Assembly (NCBI GenBank): GCA_965248835.1 | Contig: CBDFLJ010000002.1 | Span: 704,001-768,000 of the forward strand | Source of the DNA: Alphaproteobacteria bacterium | GTDB lineage: Bacteria > Pseudomonadota > Alphaproteobacteria > MPNO01 | DNA length: 64,000 nt | Direction: 5' to 3' | Shown here: positions 34,005-43,835 of the stretch, in pieces | Numbering within the stretch: position 1 is the stretch's first letter | How the letters are laid out: each line of letters opens with the position of its first letter | Program-made: the position numbers and the translations under genes | Notes under the pieces: model-generated | Told to the model about the DNA's origin: nothing | Seen by the model: only the letters and a program-made list of their open reading frames with translations | The model's database searches: none

Positions 34005-34417
34005 TGCGCCGGGGCTGGAGACGCCGCAGCGGAAGCCGGAAGGTCACGTTGAGAAACGGCGCATAGTCTCTGGCCTTGCTATCGTTGCGAGGCGGGTTCT
34101 CGGAGAAGGCCCTGCCTCGCAACTTCGGTCGCCACGCGGGCGGCGGCAGAAGAAACCGGCCCGCGATCAGCCGCAACGTCGAGACCCGGGGTGTTTTGCG
34201 CCCCCGGGACCGTGTGGGCAAGGCCGCCGACTCTGGAAGGAACGAAGCAAACCGTGCACACTCGCCCGGCGTCGAGCAACGCCTGTGCATTTTCCTAACC
34301 CCTTGGTGCAGAGAAACTATCGCCCATTCGTGCTTCCCGGTCCCATGCCCGGCCTGAAATACGCCGGGCTGGAGGCTCGGGCGATGGCGAGCAGGACGGC
34401 CCGTTGGGAGCGGCTGC

Positions 34418-35122
34418 ATGAACGAGATATTCGCGGGTCTGATCGAGGCCGCGCGGCTGGTCGCCACGCTTGATCACGATCTGACCGAGATCACGGCCCG
34501 GTCGCTGCAGGTCACCGTGACGGCGGTGGTGATCGCTTCGGCGCTCGGGATGCCGCTCGGCGCCTGGCTCGCGGTCAACCGGTTTCGCTGGCGGCGCCAT
34601 GTGATCGCCGTGTTGAACGCGCTGATGGGCCTCCCGCCGGTGGTGGTCGGGCTGATCGTCTATTTGCTCTTGAGCCGGTCCGGTCCGTTCGGGGTGTTCG
34701 GGCTCCTGTTCACGCCGACCGCGATGATCATCGCCCAGATGATCATCGTCACCCCGCTCATCGCCTCGATCGCCCACCAGGCGATCCGCGAGCTCTGGGC
34801 CGACTACCACGACCTGCTGATCTCGATACACACCACCAAGTCGCAGCGAATTCGGGCGCTCCTGTGGGACGGCCGGCGCGCCCTCCTGACCGCCGCCCTG
34901 GCGGGCTTCGGCCGCGCCATCGGCGAGGTCGGGGCGATCATGATCGTCGGCGGCAATATCGATCACGCGACCCGGGTTTTGACCACCGCCATCGCGCTCG
35001 AGACGGGCAAGGGCCATTTCGCGCTGGCGCTCGGGTTGGGGTTCGTGCTGATCGCGCTGGCGATCGCCGTCAACATGCTGATCCATGCGCTGTCGCGGAC
35101 CGAACGGGCGAGCCAATGGTAG
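34418..35122 (+). CDS. tupB: Tungstate ABC transporter permease
   Basis: LMGLPPVVVGL...LSRSGP and EVGAIMIVGGNI...TTAIALET. Confidence 0.88.
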   Translation: MNEIFAGLIEAARLVATLDHDLTEITARSLQVTVTAVVIASALGMPLGAWLAVNRFRWRRHVIAVLNALMGLPPVVVGLIVYLLLSRSGPFGVFGLLFTPTAMIIAQMIIVTPLIASIAHQAIRELWADYHDLLISIHTTKSQRIRALLWDGRRALLTAALAGFGRAIGEVGAIMIVGGNIDHATRVLTTAIALETGKGHFALALGLGFVLIALAIAVNMLIHALSRTERASQW

Positions 35123-35832
35123 GCGCCATCCTCCCCCTCCGCCTCGAGGCGGCCGAGCTGCGGCGCGGCGGCAAACGGCTGGTCGGTCCGGTCGATCTCG
35201 AGATCGGCGCCGACGGCGTTACCATGGTGATCGGGCCCAACGGCGCCGGGAAGACATCGCTGCTGCGGCTGATGCACGGGCTTGACCGCGCCGCCACGGG
35301 CCGGGTGAGCTGGGCCGTGCCGGAGACCGAGGTGCGCAGGCGCCAAGCCTATGTCTTTCAGAACCCGATCGTGATGCGCCGCCGGGTCGTCGACAACATC
35401 GCTTACCCGCTCCTCGTCCACGGCATCCCGCGCGCCGAGGCGCGCAGACGGGCATCCGACTGGGCGGCGAGGATCGGCCTCGGCGCGGCGCTCGACAGGC
35501 AGGCCTCATCCCTGTCCGGCGGCGAAAAGCAGAAGCTCGCCCTGGCGAGGGCGTTGATCCGTGAGCCCGACATCGTGTTTCTGGATGAGCCTTGCGCCAA
35601 CCTCGACGGCCGCGCCACGCGCGAGATCGAAGCGATCCTGGAGGCGGCCGGCGCCGCCGGCACACGGATCGTCATGGCAACCCACGACATGGGGCAGGCG
35701 CGGCGCCTGGCCACCGAGGTCGTGTTTCTTCTGCAGGGCCGCGTGCACGAAGTCGGATCCGGCGGCGGCTCCGTGGACCGGCTCGCGACGCCGGAGGCAA
35801 GGGCATTTCTGCGCGGCGATATCATCGAATGA
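35116..35832 (+). CDS. tupC: Tungstate ABC transporter ATPase
   Basis: GPNGAGKTS, LSGGEKQKLALARA and LDEPCANLD. Confidence 0.86.
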   Translation: MVGAILPLRLEAAELRRGGKRLVGPVDLEIGADGVTMVIGPNGAGKTSLLRLMHGLDRAATGRVSWAVPETEVRRRQAYVFQNPIVMRRRVVDNIAYPLLVHGIPRAEARRRASDWAARIGLGAALDRQASSLSGGEKQKLALARALIREPDIVFLDEPCANLDGRATREIEAILEAAGAAGTRIVMATHDMGQARRLATEVVFLLQGRVHEVGSGGGSVDRLATPEARAFLRGDIIE

Positions 35833-36638
35833 GACGACGCGGAATCATTGCCTTCGCCACCGTGCTGCTCGCCGCCTTCGGGGCCCACGCGGACACGATG
35901 CGGATGGCGGTCACCACGTCGTTTCACAACTCGGGCCTGTCCGACATTCTGCTGCCTGCGATCAAACGGGATCTGGGGCTCGAAGTGCAGCTTCTCGTGG
36001 TCGGCACGGGCCAGGCGCTGCGGCTCGGCCGCGCCGGCGACGTCGATGCCGTCCTGGTCCATTCCCGGGCCGCCGAAGAAGCCTTCGTCGCCGCCGGGTT
36101 CGCGAGCCGCAGGCGCGAGATCATGTACAACGATTTCGTGCTGATCGGCCCGGCCGACGACCCGGCAGGTATCGCCGCCGCCGCCAGCGCGGCCGAAGCG
36201 CTGACCCTGATCTCCAGGCTCGAGGCGCCGTTCGTCAGTCGGGGCGACGACAGCGGCACCCACAAGAAGGAGCTGTCGCTGTGGCGCGCGGCGGGGCGGA
36301 ATCCCGAAAGCTTCGGTGCCTGGTACCTCTCGGTCGGCGCCGGCATGGGGGCCACGCTCAACACGGCGCGGGCGATGAACGCCTATCTGATGTCGGATCA
36401 TGCGAGTTGGCTCAAATTCGGCGCCAAAGGCGATTTGAAATTGCTCTATTCGGGCGACCCGGCGCTGTTCAACCAATACGCCTATCTGCCGGTGAACCCC
36501 GAAAAACACGTCCATGTCAGGGCCGTGCTCGCCGCGCGGCTCGAAAACTGGCTGGTCAGCGAGACAGCACGGGCGCTGATCGACGGCTATACGGTCGGCG
36601 GCCAAAGGCTCTTCACCCATAACGCGGGCGCGCATTAG
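35829..36638 (+). CDS. tupA: Tungstate-binding protein
   Basis: VTTSFHNSGL, GTGQAL, MYNDF and FVSRGDDSGTH. Confidence 0.88.
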   Translation: MRRRGIIAFATVLLAAFGAHADTMRMAVTTSFHNSGLSDILLPAIKRDLGLEVQLLVVGTGQALRLGRAGDVDAVLVHSRAAEEAFVAAGFASRRREIMYNDFVLIGPADDPAGIAAAASAAEALTLISRLEAPFVSRGDDSGTHKKELSLWRAAGRNPESFGAWYLSVGAGMGATLNTARAMNAYLMSDHASWLKFGAKGDLKLLYSGDPALFNQYAYLPVNPEKHVHVRAVLAARLENWLVSETARALIDGYTVGGQRLFTHNAGAH

Positions 36639-36786
36639 ATCTCTCGGCCCTTGCCGATCTCCGTCCCGGCCCGTCCTCGCAAGCCCGGGACAAACCGACA
36701 ATGGGACCGCGCCGCGTGATCGCGAGACCGCATCGGTTTGAGTCGGCAAATTCCGGAGCCGGCGCCGGCCGTGCTCCGGGTCTGGG

Positions 36787-37278
36787 TCAGTGTAGGTCGT
36801 CGAGATCCGCGTGGATGGCGAACTGCTCCAGCCCGGCATCCTGGGCCTCGATGGAGCGAAAGCTCTCCTTCGCCCCGGCCTCGGTGAGCTCGCGCGAGAC
36901 CGTCAACAACGTGTTCGGCGCGTGATCCTCGCAGAGCTCGGCCATCTGGGTCATTTCCTCGCGGGCCACGCCGAGCGCCACCTCGACCGATGGCGCACCG
37001 TAGATTTCCACGAAGTGCTCGGCGAGCCCGTTGGCCAGCGCATCGAATTCACTCTGCTGGATCTGGGTGACGGCGACGAAGGTCACACGCCCGAAGGTCT
37101 CGACGCCCAGCCAGCCGTTGGCGAACGCTTGGCGCGCCTTCCCGGTCAAGTCGGCCTCGCTCCAGTTGGAGAACTCGAAACCGCCGGCGATGCACCATTC
37201 GCCGGTTCGCGCCGGGCTGTAGAAGACGCGCATGTCGCTTTCGTCGAAATGGATCGCCCGAGCCAATTTCATCGTCAT
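36787..37278 (-). CDS. Conserved hypothetical FDH-cluster protein (DUF6505-like)
   Basis: KLARAIHFDESD...GEWCIAGGFEF; coupled to the upstream gene. Confidence 0.7.
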   Translation of the reverse strand: MTMKLARAIHFDESDMRVFYSPARTGEWCIAGGFEFSNWSEADLTGKARQAFANGWLGVETFGRVTFVAVTQIQQSEFDALANGLAEHFVEIYGAPSVEVALGVAREEMTQMAELCEDHAPNTLLTVSRELTEAGAKESFRSIEAQDAGLEQFAIHADLDDLH

Positions 37279-38006
37279 CCCCTCTTCACCAAATCGCTCA
37301 ACGGCACCAGCCGTGTGTCTTCGCCCTGCCGGAGAAGCATGCCGAAGCGTTCGTCGATCCCGACAAAGGTACCGTTCAGGCGCCCGTTCGGGTGGTCCAA
37401 GGCGATCTCCTCGCCCATGTCATGGGCCAATCCGCGCCATTCCGCGTGCAGCGGCCGCGGCCCCTCTTCGGACCAGCGGTTGATCCAGACGAGGGTGTGA
37501 CGCGTCCAGCTTTCCAGAAGACGCGGCGGCGAGACATCGACGCAGCCCTCCTCGAAAAGCGATGTCTGGTCCGGCGTAGCGCCGGGGGCATCGGGGTCTT
37601 CCGGGATCAGCGGCACCTCGAGGCCGACGACCAGCCAATCGGGCTCGGCCTTCGGATCGGACGTGGCCGCGGCGACGCGCAGATGCCCGCACGCTGCCCC
37701 GTTGACCAGAATGCCGCCGTCCCAGGTCAGATAGACGCCCACCTCGGGCGGGGCCAGCGCCCCGAGCGCATTCTGGAACCCGATCCCGCAGGCCGGCAGC
37801 ATGGCCATTGCGTCCTCCAACGGAACCTCGGGGGCGAAGACGATGGCCGCCGCGAGCCGGTCGAAGCGTATGTTGTAGACGATCAAACCGGCATCGCAGC
37901 CGAGCGCCGCCTGGGCGCAGGCCTTGCCGAAGGGGTCGATCCCGTCGTCGACCGTCTGGCCGTGGAAGAGCGGCGGAAAACTCAGCCTGTCCTCGCCGGT
38001 GCTCAC
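37275..38006 (-). CDS. Biotin/lipoate-ligase-fold protein (DUF4444-like)
   Basis: AAIVFAPEVPL, LVNGAACG, WLVVG and a C-terminal GTFVGIDERFGMLL segment. Confidence 0.7.
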   Translation of the reverse strand: MSTGEDRLSFPPLFHGQTVDDGIDPFGKACAQAALGCDAGLIVYNIRFDRLAAAIVFAPEVPLEDAMAMLPACGIGFQNALGALAPPEVGVYLTWDGGILVNGAACGHLRVAAATSDPKAEPDWLVVGLEVPLIPEDPDAPGATPDQTSLFEEGCVDVSPPRLLESWTRHTLVWINRWSEEGPRPLHAEWRGLAHDMGEEIALDHPNGRLNGTFVGIDERFGMLLRQGEDTRLVPLSDLVKRG

Positions 38007-39070
38007 GCCTTCCCGTCCTCGATCAGCGTCCGAGCGAGTGTGCGGAATGCCTCGGCCCGAGGCGAGGAGGGCTTGGAGACGACGATCGGCGCGCCGCCGT
38101 CGGAGGTCAGTCGAATGTCTATATCCAGCGGGATCTCCGCCAGCAACGGCAAGCCCAGCTTTTCGGCGGCTGCCCGAACACCGCCGTGGCCGAACACATG
38201 CTCTTCATGACCGCAATTCGCGCAAACATAGCGCGACATGTTCTCGATCATCCCGAGGATCGGCGTCGACATCTTCCTGAACATGTCCACACCCTTGCGC
38301 GCGTCTATAAGCGCCACGTCCTGCGGGGTGGAAACGATAATCACGCCGGTGACCTCGGCCGTCTGCGTCAGGGTCATTTGCACATCGCCCGTGCCCGGCG
38401 GCAGGTCCACCACGAGGACATCGAGCGCGCCCCATTGCACCTGGCTCATCATCTGCTGGAGCGCGCCCATCAGCATCGGCCCGCGCCAGACGACCGCTTC
38501 GTCCTCCCGGGTCATCAGACCGATCGACATCATGGTGATGCCGTGGTTGCGCATCGGGAGGATCGTCTTGCCGTCGGGCGAGGCCGGCCGGCCGGAAACG
38601 CCGAGCATGCGGGGCTGGGAAGGTCCGTAAACGTCGGCGTCGAGCAGCCCGACGCGGCGGCCCTCCGCGGCCAGCGCCGCGGCGAGGTTGGCCGCGATCG
38701 TGGATTTCCCGACCCCGCCCTTTCCCGATGCGACGGCGATGATGCGCTCGACGCCCGGTATCTTCTGCGGCCCCTGCGGCTCGGCCCGGCGGCCGATATT
38801 CAACTCCGGCAGCGGCGGCGGCGCCCGGTGCGCGGTCATGACGGCCGAGACCGCCTCCACACCGGCCAGCGCGCGGACGGCGACCTCGGCCTCGGCGCGC
38901 GCCGCCTCCATGGTGTCGGCCCGCGACGGATCAATCTCGAGGACGAAGCGCACCGTACTGCCGTCCACGGTAAGGGCCCGTATCAGCCCGGCGGACACCA
39001 GGTCCTGACCGCTGATCGGATCGGTGACGCCCTTCAGAGCCGCCAGCACATCCTCGCGCGCGGCCTTCAT
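38003..39070 (-). CDS. apbC: Mrp/ApbC Fe-S cluster carrier ATPase
   Basis: SGKGGVGKST, DADVYGPS, DLPPGTGD and ENMS...CANC. Confidence 0.93.
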   Translation of the reverse strand: MKAAREDVLAALKGVTDPISGQDLVSAGLIRALTVDGSTVRFVLEIDPSRADTMEAARAEAEVAVRALAGVEAVSAVMTAHRAPPPLPELNIGRRAEPQGPQKIPGVERIIAVASGKGGVGKSTIAANLAAALAAEGRRVGLLDADVYGPSQPRMLGVSGRPASPDGKTILPMRNHGITMMSIGLMTREDEAVVWRGPMLMGALQQMMSQVQWGALDVLVVDLPPGTGDVQMTLTQTAEVTGVIIVSTPQDVALIDARKGVDMFRKMSTPILGMIENMSRYVCANCGHEEHVFGHGGVRAAAEKLGLPLLAEIPLDIDIRLTSDGGAPIVVSKPSSPRAEAFRTLARTLIEDGKA

Positions 39071-39279
39071 TCGCCCCTGCCGCTGATCCGGCCTTCGACC
39101 GTGTGCGCGAGCCCCAGCTCGTCGATCGTCAGCACCATCCGTGCGGTATAGGTCTTGCCGGCGGTGTCGCCCGGCCCGGCCCCGCGCATCGCGTCTTCGA
39201 TCGCCTGCTGGGAGGTCACGCCCACTTGCTTGAGAAACTTGCGCATCGTCATGTTGAAATCGTCATAGCTGTCGCTCAT
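39067..39279 (-). CDS. Small conserved protein (DUF6494-like)
   Basis: FNMTMRKFLKQVGVTSQQAIE; coupled to apbC. Confidence 0.7.
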   Translation of the reverse strand: MSDSYDDFNMTMRKFLKQVGVTSQQAIEDAMRGAGPGDTAGKTYTARMVLTIDELGLAHTVEGRISGRGE

Positions 39280-39464
39280 GGTCGTCCTTTCGCTTCATTC
39301 TTCGGGGTTGACGCCCAAACATCACCCTGCCTGGTCTTTGGCCGAACTCGAAATCCTCGGTTGTCGATGTCACGGTGGCATGCGATTAAATGGATTTTAG
39401 CCTAGTTTCGCCGCAAAGTCCGCGGGGCTTCGCGGCCGAAGCTGCGGGAGGAGGAGGATCGCCG

Positions 39465-40271
39465 ATGCTGGCCTGGTCGAGGGGCGGGCTGACCGCGCTC
39501 TGCACCGCTTTCTGCACCGCGTTCTGCATTGTGTTGCTCGCCCAGATGGCGGGGGCCGAAGAGCGCCGTATCACGCTTGCGGCCAGCCCCGATCTGGCGG
39601 CAAGCGGGCTTCTGAAACACCTCCTGCCGAGATTTTCCCTGAAGACCGGCGTGCGGGTCGCGGTGGTCGAGCTGGCGCAAGGGGTTGCCGCGGACGTCCT
39701 GCTCGGGCCGGCAGGCGCGGTGAGGGAAGGGCGTCCGGCGCTGCGCGCCAAGGACACGCTCTATCTGTGCCGCATCACCCCGACCGACACCGGCGCCGGG
39801 CGCGCGAAATACACCGAGCGCTTCGTCGCGTGGTTGCTCTCGGAGGTGGGCCAACGGACGATCGAATCCTTCAAGCCGAACGGGGTGCAGGTCTTTCACG
39901 CCGCCGCCCGTGCAGCGGGCCGGCCGGACCGACCTCCGCCCGTCGGCGATGTGCTCGCGGGCGAACGGCTGTCGCTGGCCCATTGCGGCCGCTGCCACGT
40001 GATCGGACCTCGGAACCGCATGGAGGGTCTCGGCTCGACGCCTTCGTTCGGCGTCCTCAAGACGCTGAACAACTGGGAGGCAAGATTTCGCGGCTTCTAT
40101 CTGCTCAATCCGCACCCTTCCTTCACCCAAATCGCTGATGTTACGGATCCGTTCGACGAAACCCGGCCACCGCCCATCGTACCACTGCGGCTTACGCTCG
40201 AGGATCTGGACGCGATCCTCGCTTATGTCGCGACGATCAAACCGGCGGAACTTCGGCGGTCGAAGCGGTAG
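39465..40271 (+). CDS. Exported protein with a TupA-like N-terminal segment and a c-type cytochrome domain
   Basis: Signal-like N-terminus, SGLLKHLLPRFSLKTGVRV, CGRCH heme motif, strong GGAGG RBS. Confidence 0.7.
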   Translation: MLAWSRGGLTALCTAFCTAFCIVLLAQMAGAEERRITLAASPDLAASGLLKHLLPRFSLKTGVRVAVVELAQGVAADVLLGPAGAVREGRPALRAKDTLYLCRITPTDTGAGRAKYTERFVAWLLSEVGQRTIESFKPNGVQVFHAAARAAGRPDRPPPVGDVLAGERLSLAHCGRCHVIGPRNRMEGLGSTPSFGVLKTLNNWEARFRGFYLLNPHPSFTQIADVTDPFDETRPPPIVPLRLTLEDLDAILAYVATIKPAELRRSKR

Positions 40272-40335
40272 CCGGGGGGCGCGGCGCCGGTCGATATGAG
40301 CACGGGGCGAGGCGGGAAAGGGCGGGGCAGCCCCC

Positions 40336-42297
40336 TCAATGATCGCGGCGCTTGGAGAAATAGTCGTCGCTGGTCCTGACCCGCGGTCTTTCGCCGCCAG
40401 CAAACGGGTTGTTCTCCGAATGATATTGGGCAGCGATCCGGCAGTCGTCGCACATCCGGATCATGCGCGACGCTCCCTCGCTGGCGAACATGGAATGCTT
40501 GCCCGCCAATTGCGCGGCAATTTTCTCGACCGTCGACTTCACACCGAAAGGCTTGCCGCATTCGATGCATTCATAGGGCTCTTCCTCGTTGAGAACCTTC
40601 TGCTCGAAGACCGCGTCCGAAAGGTCGAATTGCGGCTGAAGCGTGACCGCGTTTTCGGGGCAAACCTGCTTGCATAGCCCGCATTGCAGGCAGGCATCCT
40701 CCTGAAACCGGAGCTGCGGCATTTCCGGGTTGTCGGCCAACGCCCCCGACGGGCAGAGCGACACGCAGGCAAGACAGAGCGTGCACGCCTTGACATCCAC
40801 CGCGATGGCGCCGTAGGGCGCGCGGGCAGGGAGCGCCAATATGGCCGCGCTTTCCGGGTTCAGCGTCTTTGCGGCAAGCCGCGCCGCCTGTCGGCGGGAC
40901 CCGAGGGGCAGCACCGGATCCGCCGTCGGCGGGTCGACGGAAGCGCCATAGAGCGCCTCGTCGAGGGCGTCGGGATCGCCGAGATCGAGGAGGCGTAAAC
41001 GCTCCTGTCCTCCCATCGCCTCGGCCAGCGCCAGCTCTCCGCTCAGCACGTCGCGCTCGGATTTGGGCGACAGAAGAATGTCGACGCCGGCAAAGCCGCT
41101 CGCCAACGCCACCAGCATCTCCGCGTGACCGAAATGCGAGATCATTTCCAGCTCGAGCGGGATGACGTCCGCTGGCAGGCCGCGGCCGAATCGGGCAAAC
41201 AACGCCACCATTTCGACACCGAAGCCGGTGTCGACGACCAGAAGGCGGGGGGCTTTCCCGCCCGCCTTGCGGTAGGCGTTCGCCAGCGTTTCGATCCGTC
41301 GGAACAGGGCCGCCGTCGGCGGCGCATCGTAGGATATTGCACCCGAAGGGCAGAGCGCCGAACAAGCCCCGCATCCGGCGCAGACCATCGGATCGATCGC
41401 CACGTGGTCGCCGGCCGGTGCGATGGCTCCGGTCGGGCACGCATCCAGACATTTGGAGCAACCCGTCTGTCCCGCTCTCGAATGCGCGCACAGCGTCTCT
41501 TCGAGCCGCACATAGAGCGGCTTCTCGAACGTTCCGACCAGCTGACCCGCCTCGAAGACCGCGGCCGCCACCTTGATCGGGTCGCCTGGGTCAACCCGCA
41601 AATACCCTTCGCGCTTGTCGGGGGCCGAAAAGAGCGGCTGATTGCCGGACAGATCGAGGATCAGATCGCATTCCGAGACGGCCCCGTCGCGCGGCGCGGA
41701 AAGCGCGAATCCGCCGCGCCCTCCCGGTTCGATCTGACGCAGGCCATCGATGTGCAGCCGGAAGCCGCCGAGCGCTCCGGAGGCCTGCTTCAACTGCCCG
41801 GCGATCACTTCAAACCCGCGGTCGAGCGGAAGATCCTCGGCCGCATCCGACAACAGCACGGTGACGGCCAGGGGACCGGCGAGTCGCTCGGCGGCCGGCA
41901 GCGCAACCGCGGATCTGCCGATGATCAGACAGCGGCCCTCGGACGTCACATCGACGGTCCGTGTCGCTGCCGGCGGCAGGAGCGCTTCGGCAACCAGCGC
42001 CGCCTGTTTCGGGCCGGCCTCTGCGGCCTCATCCGACCATCCCGCCCGGTCGCGAAGGTCGACGAAACCGGGCATCGGGGCGCCGATATCCTCGGCGAGC
42101 TCTTCGAAACGGGGTCTTTCCTGTTGACAGGCGATAATCGCCTCGCCTTCGGCGATCGCCTTTGCCGCATCGTCGATCTCGGTCGTACACAGCGCGCTGT
42201 GGATCCGCGAGCAAACCACATCGACATCGGCCTCGATGCTGGCGCGATCGAGCGCCTGGCTCTTAAGGCAATCGCAGAGAATGAGCGTCTTGACCAA
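40336..42297 (-). CDS. Polyferredoxin 4Fe-4S binding protein of the FDH cluster
   Basis: Motifs CSKCLDACP, CAGCGACSALCP, CTLCLACVSLCP and CLQCGLCKQVCP. TTG start chosen by inspection. Confidence 0.87.
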   Translation of the reverse strand: MVKTLILCDCLKSQALDRASIEADVDVVCSRIHSALCTTEIDDAAKAIAEGEAIIACQQERPRFEELAEDIGAPMPGFVDLRDRAGWSDEAAEAGPKQAALVAEALLPPAATRTVDVTSEGRCLIIGRSAVALPAAERLAGPLAVTVLLSDAAEDLPLDRGFEVIAGQLKQASGALGGFRLHIDGLRQIEPGGRGGFALSAPRDGAVSECDLILDLSGNQPLFSAPDKREGYLRVDPGDPIKVAAAVFEAGQLVGTFEKPLYVRLEETLCAHSRAGQTGCSKCLDACPTGAIAPAGDHVAIDPMVCAGCGACSALCPSGAISYDAPPTAALFRRIETLANAYRKAGGKAPRLLVVDTGFGVEMVALFARFGRGLPADVIPLELEMISHFGHAEMLVALASGFAGVDILLSPKSERDVLSGELALAEAMGGQERLRLLDLGDPDALDEALYGASVDPPTADPVLPLGSRRQAARLAAKTLNPESAAILALPARAPYGAIAVDVKACTLCLACVSLCPSGALADNPEMPQLRFQEDACLQCGLCKQVCPENAVTLQPQFDLSDAVFEQKVLNEEEPYECIECGKPFGVKSTVEKIAAQLAGKHSMFASEGASRMIRMCDDCRIAAQYHSENNPFAGGERPRVRTSDDYFSKRRDH

Positions 42298-42620
42298 CTC
42301 TTCCTCCCGGGCTCGGGGGCCATTTTCGGGTGCATTCGGCGTGCCGCCGCGCAGCACCACGCGCGCCTCCTCGCGAGGGCGAGGCCGGCGAGCCATGTGA
42401 TGGATGTCGGCACCCGGCTGCAAAGCTCCGAGGCGCAGCCTATGCCTCCACGGAGGCGCGTGGCAAGGCGCTTGCGCTACCCCCGGCCGATGGCGGAGGG
42501 GCGTGGCAGGTTTCACCGCCGGTTATTTCCGTTTGGCGATCGGCCGGAACTCGGACCATAATTCGCGGAGACCCTATCTATCGGGAGCGAGGCTTGTCCC
42601 AGCAAAAAGCGCCGCCGGTC

Positions 42621-43187
42621 ATGCAACCCAGCGAGGTATCCGTGCCGCTCGGCATCGTGATCCGCAAATCGCCGGGCGTCACGCGCTGGGCGCGCTGGAC
42701 GTGGCGGGTCGTTGGCGTGTTGCCGGGCGCGGGCGAGGCGGATTGGCGGGAATTGCGGCGCGAAGGGGATGTGTGCGAATACCACGCCGCGACGGTGCCG
42801 ATGGAACTCTGGGCCTCCGATACCGAAGCCTATCTGAGCGGTCTTTCGGCGCGTGTACCGGCGGTCTACGTCGTGATGCGCGAGGCCACCGAGAGCGATG
42901 CCGAGCACGCGATCGAGGTGGTGCTGGCGACGGCATCGCCCTATGAAGCCCAGGATTACATGGACAGCGGCGAAGAGATCGTCGAGCAGGTGCCGATGCC
43001 CGAGGGCCTGGCGGCGATAGTCCGCGATTTCGTCGACCTGCACCATCAGGACGAGGATTTCGTCAAACGCCAGCGCGACGACAGGAAGACCGGCCGCGCC
43101 GAAGACGGCAAGGGCGATCCGCGCATCCGGCAGCTCTCGGACGTCTACCGGACGCCGCGCCGGCCCGACAAGGAACGGCTGCATTGA
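42621..43187 (+). CDS. DUF3305-like FDH accessory protein
   Basis: RWARWTWR, TEAY, TASPYEAQ and FVKRQRD. Confidence 0.78.
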   Translation: MQPSEVSVPLGIVIRKSPGVTRWARWTWRVVGVLPGAGEADWRELRREGDVCEYHAATVPMELWASDTEAYLSGLSARVPAVYVVMREATESDAEHAIEVVLATASPYEAQDYMDSGEEIVEQVPMPEGLAAIVRDFVDLHHQDEDFVKRQRDDRKTGRAEDGKGDPRIRQLSDVYRTPRRPDKERLH

Positions 43188-43819
43188 CCGGGCGTCAGGA
43201 TTTCTGGTCGCGCCGAAAGGCGGCGGTCGACGCCGAGAAACGCGCCCATGGACAGGCCCTGGAGGATGGGAAGGTCGACGAGGCGCGCCAGGCGCTGGAG
43301 GAAAAACCCGAAGCGGACGTGCTGGCCGAGCTGAACCTGCCCGATCCCGATACCATGCAGCAGGGCGACGATTTTTCGGCCTTCATGGCCAAGGCCGTGC
43401 CGGACCGGCTGCGGAGGCGGGCTCTGCGGCGGCTCTGGCTGTCTAATCCGGTGCTGGCGAACCTGGACAACCTGGTCGACTATGGCGAGGATTATACCGA
43501 TGCCGCCACGGTGGTCGAAAATCTCCAGACGGTCTATCAGGTCGGCAAGGGGATGATCCGACAGGTGGAAGCCCCGACCGAAACCGCCGCCTCCGACCCT
43601 CCCTCAGAGGCGGTCGAAGGCGGCATCGCCGAGCCGTCCTCGACCGTGGCGGAAACCGTGGCGGAAGACGATACGGACGCAGCCGAAGCGTCTCCCGCGC
43701 CGACCGAAGTGAGGGAAGACGACGCGGAAGAGGAGATCGCGGTCGAGCAGCGATCCAAGCGTCAAATGCGGTTCGCATTCGTGGATGCGGAGGACAGCCC
43801 GGTCGAGGCGGCGCGATGA
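43184..43819 (+). CDS. DUF3306-like FDH accessory protein
   Basis: FWSRRK, DFSAFM, RRALRRLW and LDNLVDYGEDY. Confidence 0.78.
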   Translation: MTGRQDFWSRRKAAVDAEKRAHGQALEDGKVDEARQALEEKPEADVLAELNLPDPDTMQQGDDFSAFMAKAVPDRLRRRALRRLWLSNPVLANLDNLVDYGEDYTDAATVVENLQTVYQVGKGMIRQVEAPTETAASDPPSEAVEGGIAEPSSTVAETVAEDDTDAAEASPAPTEVREDDAEEEIAVEQRSKRQMRFAFVDAEDSPVEAAR

Positions 43820-43835
43820 GAGGGAAGAACAACAA

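Noticed and set aside
34290-34417. Moco/tungsten riboswitch upstream of tupB
   Set aside because: Only a simple GCCCGGC...GCCGGGC hairpin is visible, without the conserved motif as I recall it. An Rfam covariance search would settle it.
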